DNA of 63,597 nucleotides from a virus (Duplodnaviria > Caudoviricetes): IMG/VR virus record IMGVR_UViG_3300033182_000943, positions 1 through 63,597 of that record, one strand, 5' to 3'. A program made the translations under genes and the position numbers. Below the pieces are notes generated by a model. The model saw nothing but the letters and a program-made list of their open reading frames with translations. It ran no database searches and had not been told where the DNA came from. Below, in pieces: positions 27,307 through 36,464 of the stretch. Numbering within the stretch: the stretch's first letter is position 1; each line of letters opens with the position of its first letter.

Positions 27307-28734
27307 ATGCCCTTAGTAGATTTAGCAAACCCTTTAAATAGTGGAGGCCTTAGACAATTGGCCGGACCATTTGGTGATGTATTTGGGCCAGGTGATCAAT
27401 TTCCTAATTCATATGAGTTCGGTAAAAGATTTGTTTCTACTGCCTCATCTGTATCAGGTGGAGGTAACGGTGTTACTAGTTTAGATGACCCGACATATTT
27501 AGGGTTTCAGATTAGATTTGATGGTATGAGTCCTCTATTTAACGGAGCAGAGATAGGGTCTACAGAACCTCCTGTCAACCAGGTACCATCAATTGCAGAT
27601 TTAGCAGCACAAGAGTTAGGATTTATAAATGGAAACCCTGATGATACTACTAATGCTAATTCAGGGAGCCATCCATCGGGTGAGTCTGCTGTAGGTTACT
27701 TGGAAAAGGTAGGTGAAGCAAACAGAGCTAATTATCTTAGATCATTTGTACAAGGTATTAGACACATAGAGAGAACTAGGCCTTATTATTTTCAAACCAT
27801 TGAAGGGCTATCGGAAGCATGGAACAAAACCGTTAATATGGTTGATCCTTATGGTGGAGCTGCCGAAGGCGAAGGAATTACGATAGGATTGCTTGAAGCT
27901 ATCGACCTAAAAATGTCAGCTCTATTTAGTCTTTATAAATTGGCATGTTATGACACTAGGTACAAAAGAACAGTTTTACCTATTAACCTAATGTACTTTA
28001 ATGTTGATGTTGATGTATTTGAAATTAGAAAATTTAAAACAGTTAGAAATTGGTTAGCTGCTCTTAATCTTAGCGATACTTCACCAGATACAATTAACTT
28101 CGTAAATGAAAATACTTCAAAGATTACCTTTAGATTTGAAGAATGTAAATGGGATCCTACCCAAACCGGAGTTATATTTGGTAATGTTACAAATGCAGGT
28201 GGAAATGCCATGGCCGTCAGTTCTATGAAATGGAGTTATGGGAGAGTTTTAATGGATTCCCAATTCTCAGGTTACAACTCAGCTCTTAAAGATGCAGCGC
28301 AACAAAAACCTGAATCACCTACATTAAAGAATGCAGTTAAAAACTTTGCAAAAGATCAATTAGCAAATGCAGCTAAAGGGGCTGTGAATAATTTACAAAG
28401 AGGGTTATCTTCAAAGTTTCAAAGTTTTGCTTTAGGTAATGTATTTGGTTTAAGAAATCAAATATTTAATGCAATACAAAATCCACAAGCAGTATTAAGT
28501 GCTGCACAAGGTGCATTGGTTCAAACCGAGCAAATAGGTGGTGATTTAGCTAAAATAAATAGGCTAGGAGATAATCCATTGGGTGAAGCAGTACAACCGC
28601 CTAACTCATTACCTACTGATAATATAAACGCAGGACAGATCCCATCGGATCCTAGTCCTTTAAGTTCTAATAATATATTTGGGCGTGGACCATCAGGACC
28701 CGCCCCTCTTGAATCTAATAATGTATTTGAATAA
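27307..28734 (+). CDS. putative baseplate tail-tube initiator/cap (gp48/gp54-like)
   Basis: Located between hub and spike; beta-rich core. Confidence 0.45.
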   Translation: MPLVDLANPLNSGGLRQLAGPFGDVFGPGDQFPNSYEFGKRFVSTASSVSGGGNGVTSLDDPTYLGFQIRFDGMSPLFNGAEIGSTEPPVNQVPSIADLAAQELGFINGNPDDTTNANSGSHPSGESAVGYLEKVGEANRANYLRSFVQGIRHIERTRPYYFQTIEGLSEAWNKTVNMVDPYGGAAEGEGITIGLLEAIDLKMSALFSLYKLACYDTRYKRTVLPINLMYFNVDVDVFEIRKFKTVRNWLAALNLSDTSPDTINFVNENTSKITFRFEECKWDPTQTGVIFGNVTNAGGNAMAVSSMKWSYGRVLMDSQFSGYNSALKDAAQQKPESPTLKNAVKNFAKDQLANAAKGAVNNLQRGLSSKFQSFALGNVFGLRNQIFNAIQNPQAVLSAAQGALVQTEQIGGDLAKINRLGDNPLGEAVQPPNSLPTDNINAGQIPSDPSPLSSNNIFGRGPSGPAPLESNNVFE

Positions 28735-29621
28735 TGGGAAGATTAAGTGCAAGAGACCTAGCATCTGATAGTTTAAGAGGTACCCAATGGGTTGGGGTGG
28801 TTGAAGATACTGAAGACGAACTTTTTGAAGGAAGGGTTCGCTTAAGAGTTTTTGGTAAGATGGATCAAAGAGTAGACCCAGAGGATCCTGAGAGTGATTA
28901 TGTAATGCCTACAGCTGCATTACCTTGGGCAAGGCCTTCTGTTGCATCTTCCGGTGGAAGCAATAGTGGAAGTGGAACCTTTTCGGTTCCTAAGATAGGT
29001 ACTATAGTTAGGGTTACTTTTGATAACGGAAATTACTATTCTCCAGTTTATCATGAAAGCTTATATCCTTCAGATGAGCTGAAGGCTGAAATAGAAGCAT
29101 CATATCAGAATTCTCATGTACTTATTTACGATACCGCCTTTGGTTTAACTGGCGGTGGTAATGAAGAAGTTACTAATGAAAGAGAAGGTGAAAGTATAAA
29201 GGTTTTCTTTACTGAGGAAAAGGGACTAATGATGGATTATACCACAACGGAAGGTCCTACTACAGTTAACATTAAGCCTGATAATTCTGTTGAAATAATA
29301 AATGCAAACGGGGATTCAATTGTAATGCTTAATGATGGTAACATTACATTTACACATTCCGCAAAATTCATAATTAATAGTACTGATAACACAGAGATTA
29401 ATTGTAAGGATGCAATTATTAATTGCCAAAATACTATTATTAATCATTCATCATCAATTGAATTAGGCCAAGGTGCTAGCGAAAAGATCATATTAGGTGA
29501 TACCTTTATGAAGTTCTTTAATCAACATACACATGTTGGAAACCTCGGGGCTCCTACCTCGCCTCCTATAGTACCTATGTCTCCTGCACAACTTAGTAAG
29601 AAGAACGTCAAATCTCTATAA
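28734..29621 (+). CDS. baseplate central spike (gp5/VgrG-like)
   Basis: WVGVVED..D..EGRVRLRVFG, LPWA, VPKIG OB fold; beta-helix repeats; HTH tip. Confidence 0.88.
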   Translation: MGRLSARDLASDSLRGTQWVGVVEDTEDELFEGRVRLRVFGKMDQRVDPEDPESDYVMPTAALPWARPSVASSGGSNSGSGTFSVPKIGTIVRVTFDNGNYYSPVYHESLYPSDELKAEIEASYQNSHVLIYDTAFGLTGGGNEEVTNEREGESIKVFFTEEKGLMMDYTTTEGPTTVNIKPDNSVEIINANGDSIVMLNDGNITFTHSAKFIINSTDNTEINCKDAIINCQNTIINHSSSIELGQGASEKIILGDTFMKFFNQHTHVGNLGAPTSPPIVPMSPAQLSKKNVKSL

Positions 29622-29645
29622 ATATATAAACTAATAAATTAAACT

Positions 29646-29933
29646 ATGGCACTAGTACCTCCAACTCTACAAGAATCATTAACAGCTGCTTATGCGGCGG
29701 CATTAACAGACTTCATTGCAGTCATTAAAGCTAACCCACTAGGAACCGATGCAGGCGCCGCGAACTTAACAGCAGCTGTCGCATCTTCATCTGTGATATT
29801 TGGTAAGTTATCCGGAACTGCAATTGATGCATATATTAGATCTGCACAGGTTGCACCAGGCCAGGTTGTTACAACTGCGGGTACCGCTGTTGCCCAGACT
29901 GGTGCTACAACAACCCCAGGTGTTCTGGTATAA
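29646..29933 (+). CDS. small structural protein (possible spike tip)
   Basis: Directly after the spike gene; Ala/Thr-rich. Confidence 0.55.
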   Translation: MALVPPTLQESLTAAYAAALTDFIAVIKANPLGTDAGAANLTAAVASSSVIFGKLSGTAIDAYIRSAQVAPGQVVTTAGTAVAQTGATTTPGVLV

Positions 29934-29958
29934 AACAATTTGCTTTCATAATATATAA
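29933..29958 (+). promoter_or_regulatory. class II promoter AAAC-N17-TATAA
   Basis: Motif match upstream of the bS1-like gene. Confidence 0.6.
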
Positions 29959-29990
29959 TCTATATAGTTCAACTCTTTAAACAAAAAATA

Positions 29991-31154
29991 ATGATCGAAC
30001 AAGAAATTACGATCCAATTAAGCGACGATCCGTTTGACACAAAAACAATTAAAGTCCTAGTTCCACCAGGAACCAAAATTTTATCCACAGAGCCTTATGT
30101 AGCCGATGTACTTGAAATGTACAGTCTTTCAGAATCTGTAGAAAAGCAACTTCATTTATGCGAGGATATGCAAAGCTATACCACCCAAGGCGAAATAGTT
30201 GGATTTTCATTAGATAAAGAAGGTAATAAAACTACCGCAATAATTGACTTAGGAACTAAGTACACTGCAATATGTCATTTATTGAAAGAACCTAAACACA
30301 TAGTAGAACAATTAGAAGAAGGTATTGTTGTAGATGTTAAAGTTAAGCCTGGTAAAAATGGAAATGTTATAGCTTCAATCTCAGATGCAATAGATGAAGT
30401 TAAGATGAAGGAAATTATGAATGCTATTGGTGATAAGACCATAGGATTCACTGGAAAGGTTACCGAGCTGTTACATGGTGGTTACTGGGTTGAGGTTGGT
30501 GGTATACAATGCTTTATGCCAGGTTCTCTAGCAGGCCTTAATAAGTTATACGATTTTAACTCTTTAGTTGGAAAGGAAATTATAGTTATGCCAATATCTT
30601 ATTCTGATGAAAAGAATACGATTATTGTTTCTCATAGAGAATACTTAAGAACTTTAATTCCTAGCGCAGTTGAATCGGCTAGAGAAAATATCAAAGATCA
30701 TATAACCGGGTTTGTTACAGGTACTACTAAGTTTGGTATATTTGCTGAGTTTAATGAATGCTTAACAGGTCTTATTCCATTATCTGACGTAGATGAAGAT
30801 ACATTAACCAAGTTTAATAATAGAGAGATTAAGCCAGGTGATGATATCAGTTTCTGGATTAAAGAAATTATCACCGAAAGAAAAATTATCTTATCTCAAA
30901 CCGGTCCTAAAGAAAACATCTGGGATGATGCTAATGATAAGTATAAGCCTATGATGATTACACCCGGTAAAGTTACAAAGGTTACTAAATACGGAGCCTT
31001 CGTTGAACTAGAAAAAGGTATCAGCGGATTAATTCATAAATCTAAACTTAAAGAAATTGAGTTAACTAAAGGTGATGTTGTTAATGTAAAAATACAAAGC
31101 ATCAATGCAAGTGATAGAAAGATAACTATGAATCTAGCTGAAAGTGAAGGGTAA
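29991..31154 (+). CDS. rpsA: ribosomal protein bS1-like protein (about four S1 domains)
   Basis: GGYWVEVGGIQCFMPGS, KFGIFAEF..LTGLIPLS, GKVTKVTKYGAFVELEKGISGLIHKS. Confidence 0.85.
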   Translation: MIEQEITIQLSDDPFDTKTIKVLVPPGTKILSTEPYVADVLEMYSLSESVEKQLHLCEDMQSYTTQGEIVGFSLDKEGNKTTAIIDLGTKYTAICHLLKEPKHIVEQLEEGIVVDVKVKPGKNGNVIASISDAIDEVKMKEIMNAIGDKTIGFTGKVTELLHGGYWVEVGGIQCFMPGSLAGLNKLYDFNSLVGKEIIVMPISYSDEKNTIIVSHREYLRTLIPSAVESARENIKDHITGFVTGTTKFGIFAEFNECLTGLIPLSDVDEDTLTKFNNREIKPGDDISFWIKEIITERKIILSQTGPKENIWDDANDKYKPMMITPGKVTKVTKYGAFVELEKGISGLIHKSKLKEIELTKGDVVNVKIQSINASDRKITMNLAESEG

Positions 31155-31722
31155 AGAGAAACTTATAATAAACGATGAAAGGATCGTCTACGCAGATCCT
31201 AGCTCAGCTAGCTTAGGTCAAGGAACTATGGTTATGATGCGGTGGGAGGACGAGATCATGAGGTTAAGCTCAAAATGGGTAACTTATAATCAAGGTGATA
31301 TTTTGGAGTTTGGTTTTGGTATGGGATTATCTGCTGGTCATATACAATCATATAAACCAAAAAGTCATACTATAATTGAAATACACCCTGAGATTGCAAA
31401 GAAAGCTGAAGAATGGGCAAAGGATAAACCTGGGGTTAAAATCATAAATGCAGATTGGTGGGATGTAAAGGATGATTTGGAAATGTATGATGGTATATTT
31501 TTTGATACATTTAATGATCGCCATGAACCCGACTGGTTTAAGGTAGCCCAGAGTAAATCAAAGCCAAACTGCCACATATCATTTTATAATAACAGGCCGT
31601 ATAGAGGTAATGCATACGGCATAGAAGTGGTTGACTATATTCACAAGAGAGTTATGCCACCTAAGAATGACTATTACTGGTACACCAATTATTATGTACC
31701 TTTGGTTATTCATAATCCATAA
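31144..31722 (+). CDS. class I SAM-dependent methyltransferase, Rmt2/GAMT-like
   Basis: VMMRWEDEIM, ILEFGFGMG, HTIIEIHP, DWWD, YDGIFFDTF. Confidence 0.85.
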   Translation: MKGKEKLIINDERIVYADPSSASLGQGTMVMMRWEDEIMRLSSKWVTYNQGDILEFGFGMGLSAGHIQSYKPKSHTIIEIHPEIAKKAEEWAKDKPGVKIINADWWDVKDDLEMYDGIFFDTFNDRHEPDWFKVAQSKSKPNCHISFYNNRPYRGNAYGIEVVDYIHKRVMPPKNDYYWYTNYYVPLVIHNP

Positions 31723-31760
31723 TCTTTATGCATGGAATATATAAACAAATTAGATAATGC

Positions 31761-33059
31761 ATGTATTCCAACGAACAGCTTAATGCCATATATTCGTCTA
31801 AGGTAGGTTTTGAATTTGAATTTTTTGCTAATGAAGATATACAAGAAGCAAAAACAAGCATAGCCAATACTCTTAATAAGAAAATCCGTATCGAGGAAAA
31901 GGCCCATAGTGACTTTACCCCAACCGATGAAGTATTTAAGATGGAGCCTGATAATTCCGGTGGTACTGGAATGATTGAGCTAGTTACCGGCCCACTACCT
32001 TTTGTTGAAGCTAAAATAATAATGGCTAAAACTTTAAAGTGGATTCAGGAAAATGGATCAACTAATGATAGATGTTCTATTCATGTTAACTTAGCATTTG
32101 ATGGTAAAAAGTTAGGACCAATAACCAATATGTCTAAACTGGATATTGGTAAGTTTGTTTTAAACTTTGATGAAGATAAAGTATATGAAGCCTTTCCAAA
32201 CAGAAAGGATTCTGTTTATGCTAAATCAATTAAGTTTATCGTGCCTCTTAGCGGAATGACTCAGAATTCGCCAGGTAAAAATATGTGGCATAATTACATG
32301 TTTGTTAATGAGAAGTATTATGGAATTAATTTTACCAAGATTCCTAAGGGTTATATTGAATTCCGTTACTTAGGTGGTAAAGATTATGAAAAGAAGTATA
32401 ACACCATTCTTTCTATGACTGAGCATTTTCTGCTTTCTCTTTATGAAACATTAACCAATCCAACTTATAGCGAGGATGATATGAAAAAGCTTGATGCTGT
32501 TCTTGAAAAACACCAAGATGTAATTCAATCATATAAGACCTATCAAAGGTTTAAGGAAAAGTTTCCAGATGTTAAGATTATGATTGATCTTAAAACTGCT
32601 GATCAAATAGTAGAAATGTATTATCCTAGAATAAGAGATCGCATTTTTGATTTGCTTACTAAGGCAGATTTAAAAGAAGGACTTATAAACTATGATAGCG
32701 ATACTGGGCGTATTCAAATAAAGGATGCCGAGTTAAAAAGATGTTTTGAAATCAATGATGTTGATATTGTTGATTGTATAATAAAAGGAAACATTAAGGG
32801 CTGTGATATATTTAGCAGTGAATTGGTGGATTCATCAATTTTTGAATGTAACCTTTTCGGTGGTACTGAATGTAAAGGATGTAAGATTGAAGAATCTTAT
32901 GTTAGTAGAAATGTAACTGCTGATGAGTGCTATGTGTTTGGTCATAGGGGTGTATTCAGTGGAGAGATGGAAGGTGGAATATTTAGACAAGGCAGAGCCA
33001 CAAAGTTTGCCAGATTTAGTGATACCACTGAGGTCATAGAAATAGAAAAAATTAAATAA
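31761..33059 (+). CDS. putative amidoligase (COOH-NH2 ligase) with C-terminal beta-helix-like repeats
   Basis: VGFEFEF, ELVTGP, CSIHVN, KYYGIN, IEFRY. Confidence 0.75.
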   Translation: MYSNEQLNAIYSSKVGFEFEFFANEDIQEAKTSIANTLNKKIRIEEKAHSDFTPTDEVFKMEPDNSGGTGMIELVTGPLPFVEAKIIMAKTLKWIQENGSTNDRCSIHVNLAFDGKKLGPITNMSKLDIGKFVLNFDEDKVYEAFPNRKDSVYAKSIKFIVPLSGMTQNSPGKNMWHNYMFVNEKYYGINFTKIPKGYIEFRYLGGKDYEKKYNTILSMTEHFLLSLYETLTNPTYSEDDMKKLDAVLEKHQDVIQSYKTYQRFKEKFPDVKIMIDLKTADQIVEMYYPRIRDRIFDLLTKADLKEGLINYDSDTGRIQIKDAELKRCFEINDVDIVDCIIKGNIKGCDIFSSELVDSSIFECNLFGGTECKGCKIEESYVSRNVTADECYVFGHRGVFSGEMEGGIFRQGRATKFARFSDTTEVIEIEKIK

Positions 33060-33061
33060 GT

Positions 33062-33904
33062 ATGCCATACGTAGACTGCAATGATCCGGATGCTAAAGAT
33101 TGTTTAGACGCTCTCATTAAGGAAATAAATGAAGAGCTAACTATTACATGCCAAATACCTTTTACCGTTCCTAAGAAGGAAATAGCTAGAATAGTAAGTA
33201 AAGCAAAAAACTATTTCTATAAGATCTATGAAGATAGTGTAGAGGAAATGTATATTGCATTACCTAGATCTGCGTGGGCTAAAACAAGCTTTAGAAAAGG
33301 TATTAACGATGAGAGTGATGCTCTATCTAAAACCAACCTAGATAGTACAAGAGGGATAGTACCAATGCCTCCTGGTGTATGGGCTGTAAATAATGTTTGG
33401 GAATGGTCAGGTTTTAGTGGAGAAGATGGTGGATTTGGTAGTACTTCTTTTTCCGCAGGCGATCCGGATTTTTCAATTGATAAGTTTATTTACTCTGATA
33501 CATACGGTGCTGGTATAGGTTCAGAAAACCTGATGTATTATGTAATTAATTCTAAGTTTATTGATAATGCAAGACAAGTATTACAAGCACAAATATCATA
33601 TTCCTATAATAGGTTAACTAATAAGTTTAGATTCCAAGGACAGTTACCCAAACATGCATGTATCTTCCAAATATACAAAACAATTCCAGACTGTGCACTG
33701 TTCCAAGATGAAGCCTTCTACCGTTATTGCGTAGGTATGGCTAAAATACAGCTATCTAGAATTCTAGGGACCTTCCAATTTAATCTACCAGGTAACATTA
33801 CCATAAACTACGATATGATAGCCAGTGAAGGGAGAGAAGATGTTGATCGTGTAGTTGAGGAGATTAAAGGAGATGAAGGTGTTGACTATTTCTTCACAGG
33901 ATAA
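33062..33904 (+). CDS. neck protein (gp13-like)
   Basis: LPGNITINYDMIASEG...FFTG C-terminus. Confidence 0.7.
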   Translation: MPYVDCNDPDAKDCLDALIKEINEELTITCQIPFTVPKKEIARIVSKAKNYFYKIYEDSVEEMYIALPRSAWAKTSFRKGINDESDALSKTNLDSTRGIVPMPPGVWAVNNVWEWSGFSGEDGGFGSTSFSAGDPDFSIDKFIYSDTYGAGIGSENLMYYVINSKFIDNARQVLQAQISYSYNRLTNKFRFQGQLPKHACIFQIYKTIPDCALFQDEAFYRYCVGMAKIQLSRILGTFQFNLPGNITINYDMIASEGREDVDRVVEEIKGDEGVDYFFTG

Positions 33905-33960
33905 TTATAATCTAAGATCGGTACTTTTTTAAGAGAATATATATTAAAAGAATATTCTCC

Positions 33961-34323
33961 ATGATTAGAGACATATATAGTAGGAATGCCGAGGCCTTCA
34001 AATATAATGAAGATGTTGTAGAGGTTACAGATGAGGTGTCTCAGCTTATACTGAAAATAGAGAACGTTTTGTTTTCAAGAAGAGGCGATGTATTAGGAGC
34101 ACCGGGTTATGGCTGTAATCTTGATGATCTTATCTTTTCTTTAGTATTTAATGAAGCAGTAGTTAAGCAGAGAATTGTATCCCAGATACAAGCATATTGT
34201 TTACCTGATGATTCAAGGTTCTCTATTGATGTACAGGTTAAATTCTTTCAAACATTAGAAAGAGCAGGTGCATTGGTGGATATTTTTATTAATGAAAATA
34301 GGGTCATAGGCGCATTATTTTAA
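33961..34323 (+). CDS. baseplate wedge subunit (gp25-like)
   Basis: LFSRRGDVLGAPGYGCNL. Confidence 0.85.
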   Translation: MIRDIYSRNAEAFKYNEDVVEVTDEVSQLILKIENVLFSRRGDVLGAPGYGCNLDDLIFSLVFNEAVVKQRIVSQIQAYCLPDDSRFSIDVQVKFFQTLERAGALVDIFINENRVIGALF

Positions 34324-34337
34324 AAATATAGAATTGA

Positions 34338-36194
34338 ATGTCATTCTTTAGTAGAACACGAATAAAGGCAACAGAGCTGTTTCAGGATTCATTTGAATAC
34401 CTGGCAAGAACTTATGAACAGGCAAGAGAGGTGTTTACTCCAGCTTCGCCGTTTGGGCAAATCCTTACTGTGATAGCTAATTTAGGTGAAATGATTTTCT
34501 TTTATATTGAAGCAGTTGCTACCGAGCTCAATATATCAAGAGCAAGAAACATTGAATCTATTTACGGTCTTTCAAGATTAACCGGTCACGATCCTACGAG
34601 AGGTATTTCTGCCAGGGGAATTATAGGATTAAGATTAAATCAAAATGCAAGTGCATTAGTAAACGGTGACTTTGTTCAAATTATGAATAAAGCAAAATTT
34701 GAAGTAGGGAACAACGGATTATCCTACTTCTTAAACTTTGATAGTGATTACATTAGATTAGAAAAGACAGATAGACAATTTGTAAATGTTGAAATTATAC
34801 AGGGGGAGGTTGAAGATCAAACATTTACTGGAAGCGGTACATCATTACAGAGTTACAATCTTACCACCAAAGAACCAACGGACCAACATCTTGTAACGGT
34901 TCATGTTGATGGGCAGCTTTGGAGAAAGGTTGATTCACTGTATGATATGGGTCCTAATGAAAAATGTGTAATGGTCAAAACCAGCGTTAATGGTGGTTTA
35001 AGTATATTCTTTGGCAATAATCAGTTTGGTATGGCTCCTGCATTAGGATCAATTATTAAAGTTACTTATGTTAAGACTAGAGGTAATGCAGGTAATATAG
35101 GTGGTAAGAATTTAGATATTAAGTTCCAAGATGAAGGTACTGATTACATCGGTGATGGGGTTGATCTTAATGAGGTTCTTTCTTTAGATATTGTACGTAA
35201 TCCTAATTTTGGATCTGATACTGAAGACCCAGCGTTTACAAGATTAATTGCTCCATACCAAAGCAATTCATTTGTATTGGCAAATCCTAATAATTACATT
35301 TACTATCTTAGTAAGTATGATGCGTTTTCTTTCATAGATGCATACAATACGAAAGATGACCAATATTTAGATGATGACAATATCATTTATCTTTTCTTAG
35401 TTCCAGATATTAAGAAAAAGATTACAAGCGATAAGGATTACTTTAATGTAGCTGAAGAAGAGTTTACTTTAACGGCTGATGAAAAGGAGCAGGTTTATGA
35501 AATCTTAAATGCTAGCGGTAGGCAAGTAGTAACCGCTGAGGTTAGAATTAATGATCCTATAATAAAAAGATATGCTCTTAACATTGTTCTTAGGTGGATA
35601 GAAGGATATGATAAAGATGATATTACTGTAGAGATAAGAAAGCAATTAAATGACTATTTCTTAAATGTAAATAGAAGAGATCGTATTCCAAGATCTGATA
35701 TTATTTCAATCATAGAAAATGTTGAAGGGGTTGACTCTGTTAATGTGTTCTTTATTTCACAGGAAAATGAAAAGGCAATTGCCGATGGTTTTTATTTTGT
35801 GCCGGTTTATGGTATTGATCCAGCAACAGATCAAAAGGCATTGATTGAAAATAAAAAGATTGTATTAGCAGAAGGGGAAGATCCACAAATAGGTTTGGAT
35901 GAATTTGGTGATATTATTATTGGCCCTGATGATATAGCAATTATTAGAGGTGGTTGGAAAGACAGAAACGGTACGTACTTTGAAGAAGTTCCTGTTAAGA
36001 ATGGTATCGGTTCATTGAATGTTTTCTATAAGTCTGTAATTTCAGGTAACTTATACAACAAAACTCAACAAGAAAGATATGATCAGTTAAGAAGAAACAG
36101 AGGTACTACTATTGCTACTGGTAGAAATTCTAGATCATCTAATACTGGAAGATTACAGGGCGAATCAACACAAAAAGTAATTAACAACTTATAA
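34338..36194 (+). CDS. baseplate wedge subunit (gp6-like)
   Basis: IFFGNNQFGMAP..GSIIKVTYVKTRGNAGN; follows gp25. Confidence 0.8.
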   Translation: MSFFSRTRIKATELFQDSFEYLARTYEQAREVFTPASPFGQILTVIANLGEMIFFYIEAVATELNISRARNIESIYGLSRLTGHDPTRGISARGIIGLRLNQNASALVNGDFVQIMNKAKFEVGNNGLSYFLNFDSDYIRLEKTDRQFVNVEIIQGEVEDQTFTGSGTSLQSYNLTTKEPTDQHLVTVHVDGQLWRKVDSLYDMGPNEKCVMVKTSVNGGLSIFFGNNQFGMAPALGSIIKVTYVKTRGNAGNIGGKNLDIKFQDEGTDYIGDGVDLNEVLSLDIVRNPNFGSDTEDPAFTRLIAPYQSNSFVLANPNNYIYYLSKYDAFSFIDAYNTKDDQYLDDDNIIYLFLVPDIKKKITSDKDYFNVAEEEFTLTADEKEQVYEILNASGRQVVTAEVRINDPIIKRYALNIVLRWIEGYDKDDITVEIRKQLNDYFLNVNRRDRIPRSDIISIIENVEGVDSVNVFFISQENEKAIADGFYFVPVYGIDPATDQKALIENKKIVLAEGEDPQIGLDEFGDIIIGPDDIAIIRGGWKDRNGTYFEEVPVKNGIGSLNVFYKSVISGNLYNKTQQERYDQLRRNRGTTIATGRNSRSSNTGRLQGESTQKVINNL

Positions 36195-36463
36195 TGAATA
36201 CTTTAACTGAAAGAAGAAAAGGTTTTGATAGTCCGTATAAGGCAATGTATGAACATGGGTGGGATCTAAAAAATCTTGGAAATGATTATTCTAAAAATTT
36301 AATGACTAACTCTTTTTCAAAGTATATGTTCGGGAACAAGAGATTAGCCGACTTTATTTTACTACACCTTCAACCATTAATGACATTCTTTATTAACAAG
36401 GTTAAGTATTTAAGAATTTACTATAACTTCGCTGTACCTAAAGATTATCAAAAAATAAACTAA
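36194..36463 (+). CDS. hypothetical protein
   Basis: 89 aa, coupled to neighbours. Confidence 0.7.
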   Translation: MNTLTERRKGFDSPYKAMYEHGWDLKNLGNDYSKNLMTNSFSKYMFGNKRLADFILLHLQPLMTFFINKVKYLRIYYNFAVPKDYQKIN

Positions 36464-36464
36464 G

